From assembly GCA_965215005.1 (NCBI GenBank), contig CBDCCZ010000006.1:32001-96000 (forward strand): a stretch of DNA of 64,000 nt, read 5' to 3'. The stretch comes from Kofleriaceae bacterium. Lineage in GTDB: Bacteria; Myxococcota_A; Polyangia; Haliangiales; Haliangiaceae. The notes below the pieces were generated by a model. That model was not told the DNA's origin and made no database searches. It saw only the letters and a list, made by a program, of their open reading frames with translations. A program made the translations under genes and the position numbers. Below are positions 51,120 to 60,604 of this stretch, in pieces. The stretch's first letter is position 1. Each line of letters opens with the position of its first letter.

Positions 51120-52550
51120 CTGCGCATTGCGATCATTCTCGCGATTTTATCCGCGCCTATCGCCGCGCTGGCCGGTAAGCGAATCGTGGTGCTCGACTTT
51201 GAGGGCCCTCGCGCCCGGTCGTTTCACCGCGCGGTCGAGCGCATCGTCGAAAAGAAACACAACGTCATCTCGCACCGCAAGTACATGCGCGTCGCCAAGC
51301 GCCTCAAGGCGGGCAGACCGACCGCAGAGAACGTGCAGCGAGTGACCGCGGAGCTGTCGGCAGATGGGGTGGTGGTGGGGGTGGTCGAGCGGCGTCGGGG
51401 ACGCTACGTGCTCACGTTGAAGTTGCGAGCCGGTGCCGATGGCGCGTTCGGCGAGGACATCGTGGTGCGGAGTCGGCGGCCGAAGCTGCGAGGCAGGGAC
51501 CTGCGTGAGGTCCGCCGCAAGCTACTTGCCGCGATCGAGGCGCTGCCCAGCAGCGGCGTCATCGAGCTCGACGAGCCGGTCGTGCTCGAAGAGCCAGTCG
51601 GAGAAGACGCGGGCGATGGGCAAGAGGTCGCGCCAGAGCCAGCTCCATCGCGGCCCGCCGAGGTCGCCGCACGCCCCGCCGAGGCCGAGGCAAACGCAAT
51701 CGCCGACGACAACGAAATCGCCGACGCCAACGAAACCGTGCCGCAGCCAAGCTCTCGTGAGCCGATCGATGCGATCGACTTGACGCTCGGCATGAGCTTC
51801 GTGGCTCGCCAGCTCGACTTCAACGTTGCAGCAAACCTTGGCCCGGCCTCGCCGCAAGGCTATGACGGCGCGCCGGTTGCGGGGGCCTACATCGAGGGCT
51901 CGTTCTACCCGCTGGCGTTGATAAGCGACGGCTTCCTCGCCAACATCGGCGTCACCGGCGTCTACGATCGCGTCATCGAGATCAAGTCGACGCTCAACTA
52001 CAACGCCGATGGTCGGTCGATGACTGCCAACCTCGGCACCACGCAGCAGCACTGGGGAGTGGGAGCCGTGCTCCGCTACGCCCTCGGCTCAGGGCCGAAG
52101 AGTCCAACCGTTCGCGCCCACGTTCGCTATAACCGCCTGAGCTTCCAAATCGCCAAAGACGAGGCTCCTGCAGGGGTCATGGTCGACATTCCCAACGTCG
52201 ACTACACCTATATCGATCCCGGCGTGGGACTCCGCTATCCGCTAACGAACGCGGTGGCGCTCGGCCTCGACGCCCGCTTCATGGTCATCACCGACACCGG
52301 CGAGATGCAGTCGACGGAGCAGTACGGAGCCGCGACAGTGTTCGGCGGCGAAGGCGAAGTGATGCTCGAATATCGCTTCCTCTCGGCCGTTTCCGCTCGA
52401 CTGGGCGGCCTCTATCGCACCATCGGCTTCGACTTCGACGGCAACGGAGCGCTCACGCGCGAGCGCGATGGCGACCCGCAGACCGAAGACGTTGGCGGTG
52501 CTCGTGATGTCTACGTCGGCGGCTACCTGGCGCTCGGTTTGACCTTCTGA
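51120..52550 (+). CDS. Outer-membrane beta-barrel protein with periplasmic N-domain
   Basis: Signal peptide, basic N-domain, acidic linker, amphipathic strands, C-terminal YLALGLTF. Start uncertain. Confidence 0.68.
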   Translation: MRIAIILAILSAPIAALAGKRIVVLDFEGPRARSFHRAVERIVEKKHNVISHRKYMRVAKRLKAGRPTAENVQRVTAELSADGVVVGVVERRRGRYVLTLKLRAGADGAFGEDIVVRSRRPKLRGRDLREVRRKLLAAIEALPSSGVIELDEPVVLEEPVGEDAGDGQEVAPEPAPSRPAEVAARPAEAEANAIADDNEIADANETVPQPSSREPIDAIDLTLGMSFVARQLDFNVAANLGPASPQGYDGAPVAGAYIEGSFYPLALISDGFLANIGVTGVYDRVIEIKSTLNYNADGRSMTANLGTTQQHWGVGAVLRYALGSGPKSPTVRAHVRYNRLSFQIAKDEAPAGVMVDIPNVDYTYIDPGVGLRYPLTNAVALGLDARFMVITDTGEMQSTEQYGAATVFGGEGEVMLEYRFLSAVSARLGGLYRTIGFDFDGNGALTRERDGDPQTEDVGGARDVYVGGYLALGLTF

Positions 52551-52586
52551 TGAGGACCTGCGCGTTCGCCGGCGGCGCCGCGCTGC

Positions 52587-52835
52587 TCAGTGAGCCCGCA
52601 GGCGCTCGGCAAACTCGCGCAGCCGCTTGCCGACGTCGGAGAACACTCGCTCGGTAGTTTCGGCCATCTTCTCGCCGCCGCTGGCCAGCTGATCCTCGAG
52701 GTGCTCGAGCTTTGGCTCGAGGTCTTGCTTCCAATAATCCTTCGCTTCCATACCGCCGAGCTTGAGCTTGAGCAGGATTTCGTCGCGGAGCCGCGACAGC
52801 TCCGAAAGCGCGCTGGTCTTGTCTTGCGTGTTCAT
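52587..52835 (-). CDS. Small helical hypothetical protein
   Basis: LRDEILLKLKLGGMEAKDYW...LEPKL, coiled-coil-like. Confidence 0.7.
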   Translation of the reverse strand: MNTQDKTSALSELSRLRDEILLKLKLGGMEAKDYWKQDLEPKLEHLEDQLASGGEKMAETTERVFSDVGKRLREFAERLRAH

Positions 52836-52847
52836 GAGGGCATGATT

Positions 52848-52950
52848 TGCATACCGCAAGCCAATCCTGAAGCCGCAGAACCCCCTCATTCACCGGGTTT
52901 CTGCCGGCAGTCGTGAGGCCTCCTGAGACGCTGTGTCGCATCTGTGACAC
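52848..52950 (-). promoter_or_regulatory. Putative sigma54 promoter plus upstream activator site
   Basis: TGGCTTGCGGTATGCA (52863-48) and palindrome GTGTCGCATCTGTGACAC (TGT-N10-ACA, 52933-50). Confidence 0.5.
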
Positions 52951-53045
52951 TGAGGCGGATTCGCACCGGCTCAGCACCCTCCCACGTCCACCGACGGCGT
53001 CGAGCAATGGCTGACCGCCGCATTCCGCGATAGCTTTCTCCGGTT

Positions 53046-55706
53046 ATGCAGGCAGACCGGGTCCGTTCCAGCTTCCTCGAATTCTTTGCCGCCCGCCACC
53101 ACGAGCGCGTCCACTCCGCCTCCGTGGTGCCATCCGATGACCCGACGCTCCTGTTCACCAATGCTGGCATGGTGCCGTTCAAGGACGTCTTCACCGGCAA
53201 CGAGTCGCGCCCCTACTCGCGCGCCACCTCGTCGCAACGATGTGTTCGAGCCGGCGGCAAGCACAACGATCTCGATCAAGTCGGCAAGACCGCGCGCCAC
53301 CACACCTTCTTCGAGATGCTCGGCAACTTCTCGTTTGGCGACTACTTCAAAGAGGACGCCATCGCCTGGGCGTGGGAGCTCCTCACCGGCGTGTGGCAGC
53401 TGGATCCGAGCCGCCTGGTCATCACCGTCCACCGCGGCGATGAGGTCATGGGCCTGGGGCCAGATCGGGAAGCGCGAGCGATTTGGCGGCGAGTGTCGGG
53501 GCTCGGCGACGACCGCATCCTCGATATGAGCAGCAAGGATAACTTCTGGATGATGGGGGAGACCGGGCCGATGGGCCCGTGCTCCGAAATCCACTACTAC
53601 ATCCACGGAACGCCGCGCGCGATGCCGCCAGCCGCTGGCCCCGAGAGTGCTTGGGAGGGCTGGGTTGAGCTGTGGAACCTGGTGTTCATGCAGTACGAGC
53701 GCAAGGTCGCCGGTGGCGCGCTCGAGCCACTGCCGGCCCCTTCGATCGACACCGGTGCGGGCCTGGAGCGGGTCACCGCGGCGGTCCAAGGCGTAGTCTC
53801 CAACTACGAGACCGACCTGTTTACGCCACTCTTGAGCCTTGCGGCCGAGCTCGCCGGCACGCGCTATGGAAGCGATCCGCAGGCTGATACCTCGATGCGC
53901 GTCATCGCCGACCACGCGCGTGCCACAGCATTCTTGGTCGCCGACGGCGTGTTCCCCGATAAGAACGAACGCAACTACGTGCTGCGGCGCATCTTCCGCC
54001 GCGCGGTCCGCCACGGTCATATGCTCGGCATCGGCGAGCCGTTCATGCACGAGGTCTGCGCCAAGGTCATCGACATGATGAAGGGTGCCTATCCTGAGCT
54101 CGCCGAGCGCGCCTCCACCATCCGCGAGATCGCCACCGAAGAGGAGAAGCGCTTCCGGGCCACGCTCGAGCGCGGCATTCATCTCCTCGATGAGGAGTTT
54201 TTGCGCATGGAGCGTGCGGGGGAACAAGTCGTGCCGGGCGCGCGGGTGTTTCAGCTGTACGACACCTTTGGGTTTCCCGCCGACCTCACCGAAATCATCG
54301 CGCAGGAACACAACTACGCGGTCGACAACGAAGGCTTCGAAACCGCCCTCGCCGGGGCTCGCGAGCGCTCGAGCTTTCAGTCGAGCGACGTGGCTGTCGA
54401 AACACTCTATAAGCAACTCGCCGACGAGCTCGGCCCCACCGGGTTCCTAGGCTACGACGTCGACGAAGGCAGCGGGACCTTACTGGCGATCGTCCACGAG
54501 GGCCGGCGCGTCAACGATGCCCCGCGCGGCGCGCAGATCGCCTTCATCACCGATAAGACGCCGTTCTATGGCGAGTCCGGCGGTCAAATGGGCGACACCG
54601 GCGTCATCACCACCGCCGCCGGAGCAACGATTCGCATCGATGACACCAAAAAGCCGTTTGGCGACATGGTCGTCCATCTCGGCGAGGTCACCGAAGGTCG
54701 GGTGGCCGTCACCGACGAGGTTCGCTTCACCATCGACTCGCCGCGCCGGCAGCTCATTCGCGCAAACCACTCGGCGACGCACCTGCTCCACTTGGCGCTC
54801 AAGCGCTATCTCGGCGATCACGTGGCCCAAAAGGGCTCGCTCGTCGCGCCAGATCGACTGCGTTTCGACTTCGCCCACTTCAATCCGCTCACCGATGAGC
54901 AAAAGCGCCAGGTCGAAGATTGGGTCAACCGCGAGGTCTTCGCCAACCTCGACACCACCACCGAGGTGCTGTCCATCGAAGAGGCCAAGAAGCGCGGCGC
55001 GGTGGCGATGTTTGGCGAAAAATACGGCGCAACGGTGCGAGTCGTGGGCATAGGCGGCGAATCGCTCGAGCTCTGCGGCGGCACTCACGTACGCCGCACC
55101 GGCGACATCGGCCTATTCAAGATTGTCTCCGAGGCGGGTGTGGCTCAAGGTGTCCGTCGCATCGAGGCAGTCACAGGTCCCGGCGCCGTGCAGTACTTGC
55201 GGCGCCTCGAGGATGAGCTCACGACGGTGGGAACGCAGCTGCGCGTTGCACCCATGGAGGTGGCAACGCGCGTCGAAAAGATGACCGCCGAGCTTCGGCG
55301 GCTCGAGAAGGAGGTGCAGAGTCTCAAGGGTAAGCTCGCCTCGGGCGGTGCACGCGATCTCATGAGCGAGGTCAAAGACATCGGCGGGGTCAAAGTGTTG
55401 GCGGCGTCGACCGAGGTCGATGATCCCAAAGCGCTGCGCGACACCGGCGATTCGCTACGCGATCGGCTCGGCTCGGGGGTGGTGTTCTTGGCGGGGATCG
55501 GCGACGGCAAGGTGTCGATGGTAGCCATGGTGAGTAAAGACCTAACCAAGCGCTTTCACGCCGGAAAGCTTCTGCAAGCCGCTGCCGAAAAGGTAGGAGG
55601 GCGCGGCGGCGGCCGGCCGGATATGGCGCAAGGCGGCGGTAAAGACCCAGCCAAGGTCGCTGAGGCTGTCGATGCTGCGCTGGCCTACATTTCCTCGGTG
55701 GCGTGA
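53046..55706 (+). CDS. alaS: Alanine--tRNA ligase
   Basis: LLFTNAGM, HHTFFEMLGNFSFGDYFK, IDTGAGLER, HSATHLLH, ELCGGTH, GGGRPDMAQGGG. Confidence 0.98.
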   Translation: MQADRVRSSFLEFFAARHHERVHSASVVPSDDPTLLFTNAGMVPFKDVFTGNESRPYSRATSSQRCVRAGGKHNDLDQVGKTARHHTFFEMLGNFSFGDYFKEDAIAWAWELLTGVWQLDPSRLVITVHRGDEVMGLGPDREARAIWRRVSGLGDDRILDMSSKDNFWMMGETGPMGPCSEIHYYIHGTPRAMPPAAGPESAWEGWVELWNLVFMQYERKVAGGALEPLPAPSIDTGAGLERVTAAVQGVVSNYETDLFTPLLSLAAELAGTRYGSDPQADTSMRVIADHARATAFLVADGVFPDKNERNYVLRRIFRRAVRHGHMLGIGEPFMHEVCAKVIDMMKGAYPELAERASTIREIATEEEKRFRATLERGIHLLDEEFLRMERAGEQVVPGARVFQLYDTFGFPADLTEIIAQEHNYAVDNEGFETALAGARERSSFQSSDVAVETLYKQLADELGPTGFLGYDVDEGSGTLLAIVHEGRRVNDAPRGAQIAFITDKTPFYGESGGQMGDTGVITTAAGATIRIDDTKKPFGDMVVHLGEVTEGRVAVTDEVRFTIDSPRRQLIRANHSATHLLHLALKRYLGDHVAQKGSLVAPDRLRFDFAHFNPLTDEQKRQVEDWVNREVFANLDTTTEVLSIEEAKKRGAVAMFGEKYGATVRVVGIGGESLELCGGTHVRRTGDIGLFKIVSEAGVAQGVRRIEAVTGPGAVQYLRRLEDELTTVGTQLRVAPMEVATRVEKMTAELRRLEKEVQSLKGKLASGGARDLMSEVKDIGGVKVLAASTEVDDPKALRDTGDSLRDRLGSGVVFLAGIGDGKVSMVAMVSKDLTKRFHAGKLLQAAAEKVGGRGGGRPDMAQGGGKDPAKVAEAVDAALAYISSVA

Positions 55707-55846
55707 AATGGCTTCGTGAGTGAGCTGCCCTAGGAGCCGCGCGGCAGCGAGTACCGCCTAGCACCGAGGCGCAACGCAGCGAGGCGCGCGTCAACAGACG
55801 CGAATTGACAGCATTCCGAGCGAAGCGGGATACTGGCCGCGCTCTG

Positions 55847-57352
55847 ATGGGATGGGAAGACACACGCGCGGCCCGGCGCGCTCCGCTAGTCCTGCGCATC
55901 AAGCTCGGCTATGACGATGTCGACAGCTTCATCGACAAGTTTGCCGGCAACATCGGCCACAGTGGCATGTTCATTCGCAGCCGCGCGCCCAAGGCGGTGG
56001 ATACCGACGTCAAGTTCGAGCTGCGGCTCGCCAACGACCTCCCGATCCTATCCGGCTACGGCGTGGTGCGCTGGACAGTCCCGTTCGACGCAACCGCACC
56101 GCGTGCATTGCACGGCATGGGGATCGAGTTCACCCGGCTGAGCAAAGACAGTCGCGCGTTGGTCGAGAGCGTGGTGGCACGGCGCGCGATGAGCGGCAGC
56201 GAGAGCGATGCGGTGGTACCGGCAACTGGCCCGCTGCGGCCGCCTCCCGGAGCGGCAATGGGCGATGACTCGGCCACTCGCATCGCTCGTGCGCCGAGTC
56301 CCGATGATGCGCCGACGCGGGTGATGCGCCCTGCCCGCGCCGAGCAAGCAAGGGGCGGCGAAGCGGCGGCCGAAGACGATGACACCGCGCCGCTCGAGCG
56401 TCTCACCGCGGCTGAAATTCTGGCCGACGAGGCAGACGGCGCGAGCAGCCATACCGACGCTGCTGCCGAGCGCGGCGGCGCCGCCGACGCTGCCCCAGCG
56501 CCCAATGCCCGCCGGCCCGCCGGCGATGCTCGCACCGGTGTTGCCGCGCACGCTGACTCTGACCTCGCAGCGCTGGCGCGCCGCTTCGAGGGCGACGCCG
56601 CGCGGCTGCAGCAAATCCTCGTGCGCGCGCGCGAGCTGGCCCGCGCGACCAGTCAAGATGAGCTAGCTGCGCTGCTCGCCCCGACGCCGCCCTTCCACAC
56701 CACGCTCGAAGATGCTCAGCGCGGGCTCGCTGCGCTACTTGGAGAAGCACCGCTAGAGGCACCACGAGTGGCTGTAGAGCAACCCACGCCGCACAAGCGC
56801 ACCGGCCAGCGCGCACCTACTCATCGCGCCTCTCCACGCGCCGCGCGCGGAGTCAACCAAGCCGCGCCAGTCACAGCGACGGCGAGCGCAGCCTCACCTC
56901 CTGCCAGCGAGCCCGGCACCACCGCATTCGACGTCGAGGTCGGCGATTTCGTCCCTCAGCCGGCGGAAAGCGATGACGATGACCAAGAAGTGATCGCCTC
57001 GAGCCCTCCGCCCGAGCGCCCTTCCGTAGTCGCCGCCGAGCTCGGCGTAACCGACAGCGGCTCCTACGACATCACCGATCTGATGGAGGAGCTCGACGAC
57101 GACGAGACCACGCGGATCGATCCCTTCGGAGCGCGCCTCATCGATGACATCTCCAGCGATCTCAGTGCCGACGCTCTCGACCCGGAGGCTTTGTCGGCGT
57201 CCGACATCGATGAGCTGCCGAGCGACGGCCCGATGGATCTAGCAAGCTTTGCCGATCCGCCCGAAGATGACCTCGATCGCACCCTCGCCGTCATCGACGA
57301 AGACACCGACGAGCGCAGCGAATCCAATCACCGCCGGCTGTCGAAGCACTGA
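55847..57352 (+). CDS. TIGR02266/PilZ-like domain protein with disordered acidic tail
   Basis: RAARRAPL...NIGHSGMFIRS...GVVRW...GMGIEF. Confidence 0.78.
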   Translation: MGWEDTRAARRAPLVLRIKLGYDDVDSFIDKFAGNIGHSGMFIRSRAPKAVDTDVKFELRLANDLPILSGYGVVRWTVPFDATAPRALHGMGIEFTRLSKDSRALVESVVARRAMSGSESDAVVPATGPLRPPPGAAMGDDSATRIARAPSPDDAPTRVMRPARAEQARGGEAAAEDDDTAPLERLTAAEILADEADGASSHTDAAAERGGAADAAPAPNARRPAGDARTGVAAHADSDLAALARRFEGDAARLQQILVRARELARATSQDELAALLAPTPPFHTTLEDAQRGLAALLGEAPLEAPRVAVEQPTPHKRTGQRAPTHRASPRAARGVNQAAPVTATASAASPPASEPGTTAFDVEVGDFVPQPAESDDDDQEVIASSPPPERPSVVAAELGVTDSGSYDITDLMEELDDDETTRIDPFGARLIDDISSDLSADALDPEALSASDIDELPSDGPMDLASFADPPEDDLDRTLAVIDEDTDERSESNHRRLSKH

Positions 57353-57434
57353 GGCCGGTCCTACGCTCGCGGCGCTCAACCACGTCTTGCTGCGGCGCCA
57401 GCGACGCCGGAGGTGCTGACGCGGCTCGGCAACG

Positions 57435-58805
57435 TCAGCGGCCGCAGTCGATCTTGCCTGCCTCGCAAACCGCCTCGATCACTCGCCGTGGGTCACCGTT
57501 CTCGCGCCGCCAAATGTCGGCGAGGCGGTCGGCGTGAGTGCGACCAGATTCGACGATCTCATGAAGGGGCTCGAGGTAGCCAAGCTCGCTGGGCATCTGC
57601 CGCTGGAGGCTCGCACGGGCGATTTGCATCAGCTCCTTGGCGAGCTCGCCGACCGTGTGGCCGGTGCTGCCGACCCGCGCCGCGAAGCCCTGCATGGGAA
57701 TGGCATCCGCGAGCTCGATGCGCTCCTCGAAGCGCAACCCCGCCGTCAACTTTGCAGCTGCGTCGCAGGCGTCGCGATCATATAGGAGCGCGCGCGACAG
57801 CGGCGCGAGCGCGAGAATCATCCCGAACGTGCCACCGTCGCAGCCACGAATCTCCAGATATCGCTTGAGCCGCGCTTCCGGGAACAGCGTCGACAAATGC
57901 AGCGCCCAATCATCGAGCGTCGCGTGATGACCGCGCCAACCCGAAGTAAGAAACTGGCGAAAGGTCATGCGCTCGGCCGGTTGATATCCGCCGCGATACA
58001 CGAAGTACATCGGCACGTCGAGCGCCCACTGAACGTAGTCTCCAAACACGTCGCCGTCCTCGAAGACGAACGGCAATAGTCCCGAACGCTCGCGGTCGGT
58101 GTCGCGCCAGATGTACGCGCGGTAGCTCTGATAGTCGGTGAGCGCGCCGTCGACGATCGGCGAGCTGGCGTAGATCGCCGTGAGGAGCGAGGTCACGCTC
58201 ATCACCCCTCGCATCTTGGCCATGGCGTCGTCTGCGTCGCCAAAGTCGATGTTGACCTGGACCGTGGCGGTTCGTTTCATCATCTCGTGGCCACGCGTAC
58301 CGACCAGCGGCATGTACTCGCGCATCACGTCGTAGCGCCACTTAGGCATCCACGAGACGTCCTCGATGCGCCCAAACGGCCGAAAGCCCATGCCCAGCCA
58401 CGCCACCTCCAGGCGCCTTGAAGGCTCATCGAGCTCGCCTAAGTAGGCGCACAAGTCAGCCTTCATCTCATCGGCATGCGCCACCGGCCGCGCGGCCAAC
58501 TCGAGCTGGCCACCAGGCTCGATCGTCACCTGCGCCTGGCCCTCCGACAGCGCGATGATGTGCTCCCCTTCTTGCACAGGCGCCCAACCGCGTTCGGCCA
58601 GTGCCGCCAACACCGCACCCACCCCGGCAGGACCCTCATAAGGCAACGGCTCGCCAACTTGGCCTTCGGCCACTCGGACGCCGTGCAGCTCGTGCTCGGT
58701 GCCGAATCGCCAGTCTTCCTTCGGCTTGCAAGCCGACTGGAAGTACTCGCGAAGCTCGTCAACGGAGGCGATAGGCTCGCCGGGCGTTTCTTGGACCAAA
58801 TACAC
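57435..58805 (-). CDS. gshA: Glutamate--cysteine ligase (plant/alphaproteobacterial type)
   Basis: FGTEHE, TIEPGGQLEL, MMKRTATVQVNID, HLSTLFPEARLKRYLEIRGCD. Confidence 0.92.
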   Translation of the reverse strand: MYLVQETPGEPIASVDELREYFQSACKPKEDWRFGTEHELHGVRVAEGQVGEPLPYEGPAGVGAVLAALAERGWAPVQEGEHIIALSEGQAQVTIEPGGQLELAARPVAHADEMKADLCAYLGELDEPSRRLEVAWLGMGFRPFGRIEDVSWMPKWRYDVMREYMPLVGTRGHEMMKRTATVQVNIDFGDADDAMAKMRGVMSVTSLLTAIYASSPIVDGALTDYQSYRAYIWRDTDRERSGLLPFVFEDGDVFGDYVQWALDVPMYFVYRGGYQPAERMTFRQFLTSGWRGHHATLDDWALHLSTLFPEARLKRYLEIRGCDGGTFGMILALAPLSRALLYDRDACDAAAKLTAGLRFEERIELADAIPMQGFAARVGSTGHTVGELAKELMQIARASLQRQMPSELGYLEPLHEIVESGRTHADRLADIWRRENGDPRRVIEAVCEAGKIDCGR

Positions 58806-58884
58806 GAGAGACCTGCCTGATGGAAAGAGCTGTTCATCGTAGGAGGCGGCAACGCCTCGCGTCAAACCATGGTAGCGTTCGGCC

Positions 58885-59313
58885 GTGGCTTCCGCCGCAA
58901 CAGTGATACCGCCACAAACCCGCATCGAGGGCCGAGTGGAAACCTCGGGTGACCTCGACGTGCGCGGCCGCTGCGACGGTGAGCTGCAGGTAGATGGCAC
59001 CGTCACCATTGCCGAAGGTGCTATCTGCCACGCGGTGATTCGCGCCCGGCGCGCGCTGGTTCGCGGCGAGGTGCTCGGCGCCGTCATGGCTACCGAATTC
59101 GTGCAAATTGCCGCCGGCGGCCGCGTCGTTGGCGACGTTCGCGCGCCGGAAGTGGCGGTCGATGCCGAGGCCGAGGTAACGGGCTCGGTTGATCTGCTGG
59201 CGCCCGCGCCGCAGTCGCTGCCACTCGAGCGCCTCGAGCTGCGAGTGCGCGGTGCTGGTGCCAAGCGCCCCCGCTTGCCGCGCCCGCAGCGGCCCTCTAT
59301 CGCGCCATCGTAG
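58885..59313 (+). CDS. Bactofilin (polymer-forming cytoskeletal protein)
   Basis: TVI...IEGRV...DLDVRG..DGEL...VRGEVLG.V.A...GDVRAP beta-helix pattern. Confidence 0.85.
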   Translation: MASAATVIPPQTRIEGRVETSGDLDVRGRCDGELQVDGTVTIAEGAICHAVIRARRALVRGEVLGAVMATEFVQIAAGGRVVGDVRAPEVAVDAEAEVTGSVDLLAPAPQSLPLERLELRVRGAGAKRPRLPRPQRPSIAPS

Positions 59314-59350
59314 CGTTAGCATTGCTCTCGATAGACGCTTTAGGACGCCC

Positions 59351-59938
59351 ATGAGTGACATCCGTGCCCATTTCGAACGGTCTGGTCTGGCCGTTCAGCA
59401 CCACCGCCTCCTCGAGCTCCTCACCCAGCTGGCGTACGAGCGCCGCGAGGTCACCCTCAGCTCAGGAAAACGCTCAGACTTCTATGTCGATTGTCGGCAA
59501 GTGAGCCTGCACGCCGAAGGGCACTTTCTGATCGGGCAGCTCCTGCGCGCCGCCATCGAGCATCATGCGCCTACCGCGCGCGCCGTGGGCGGAATGACGT
59601 TAGGTGCCGACCCGCTGGTGAGCGCCACCTCGATGACGTCGTTTCTCGCCGGCAAGCCGCTTCATGGCTTTCTCATCCGCAAAGAGGCGAAAGGGCATGG
59701 CACTGGGCAATTCTTGGAAGGCACCAAGAACCTGCGCCCCGGAATGCCAGCGGTCATCGTCGAAGATACGATCACCACCGGCGGCTCGCTGCTGCGGGCC
59801 ATCGAGCGCGCTCGACAGTTTGGCCTCGACATCGTCGGCGCCTTTGCCCTCGTCGATCGCGGCGAAGGCGGCCGCCAAGCCATCACCGCAGAAACCGCTC
59901 TCACGAGTTTGTACGAACGCGAGGACTTTCCAGCATGA
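59351..59938 (+). CDS. pyrE: Orotate phosphoribosyltransferase
   Basis: LSSGKRSDFYVDC, RKEAKGHG, VEDTITTGGS. Confidence 0.94.
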   Translation: MSDIRAHFERSGLAVQHHRLLELLTQLAYERREVTLSSGKRSDFYVDCRQVSLHAEGHFLIGQLLRAAIEHHAPTARAVGGMTLGADPLVSATSMTSFLAGKPLHGFLIRKEAKGHGTGQFLEGTKNLRPGMPAVIVEDTITTGGSLLRAIERARQFGLDIVGAFALVDRGEGGRQAITAETALTSLYEREDFPA

Positions 59939-60573
59939 AGAACGCCCGCGGTGAGATTTTGCAGCTCTTGCGATGCGCCGCGCTGATCGTGTTGACCGCT
60001 TGCGGCGGCGCACGAGCGTCGTCGGATATTCGGCTCTCGGAAGAGTGGCCAGCGGAACCGGCAGAGTATGAGCAAGCGTATGAGCACTGGACGCGTAGCG
60101 GCACCGTGCGCCAAGGCTACGACCAAGTCCTGTCGGTGCACGGTACCTTCAAGTCGCCCGCGTGGCGCGCTGCGTATGTTCGCGAGCGGGCGGAAACCCT
60201 CATGCTGCCGCCCAATGAGCGCGCTCAGCTGCTAGCGACGCAACGGCAGGAAGCCAGCGAGTATCACGAGCTCGAGCTGTTGGTTTCCACCTACCATCGG
60301 GAAGAGAACGACCTCGTCAAAGGCGAGCGCTCGGTTTGGCGCCTCGCCCTCGTCGATGACGAAGGCAACGAGGTAGCGCCAGTCGCCATCCTCAAAGACC
60401 GCCGCCCCGAGAACGTCATCCGCGCCGAATACCCCGACATGAGCGACTTCGACACCGCGTACGTGATCCGCTTTCCGCGCACCATCGATATCCTCGGCAA
60501 TGGCGCGCGGCGCTTCTCGCTAAAGATGGCCTCCCCGCGGGGTGGCACCGAGCTCATCTGGCAAGCCGAGTAG
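59935..60573 (+). CDS. Hypothetical lipoprotein
   Basis: Lipobox LTAC; overlaps the pyrE stop (ATGA). Confidence 0.75.
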   Translation: MKNARGEILQLLRCAALIVLTACGGARASSDIRLSEEWPAEPAEYEQAYEHWTRSGTVRQGYDQVLSVHGTFKSPAWRAAYVRERAETLMLPPNERAQLLATQRQEASEYHELELLVSTYHREENDLVKGERSVWRLALVDDEGNEVAPVAILKDRRPENVIRAEYPDMSDFDTAYVIRFPRTIDILGNGARRFSLKMASPRGGTELIWQAE

Positions 60574-60604
60574 CGCTCGCGACGCCGCGCGGGGCGTCAG
60601 CTCA

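Noticed and set aside
52971..54416. Long antisense ORFs (e.g. opposite alaS, 17839-18903, 21532-22626, 60542-61489, 62826-63764)
   Set aside because: Shadow ORFs expected from high-GC codon bias opposite well-supported genes.
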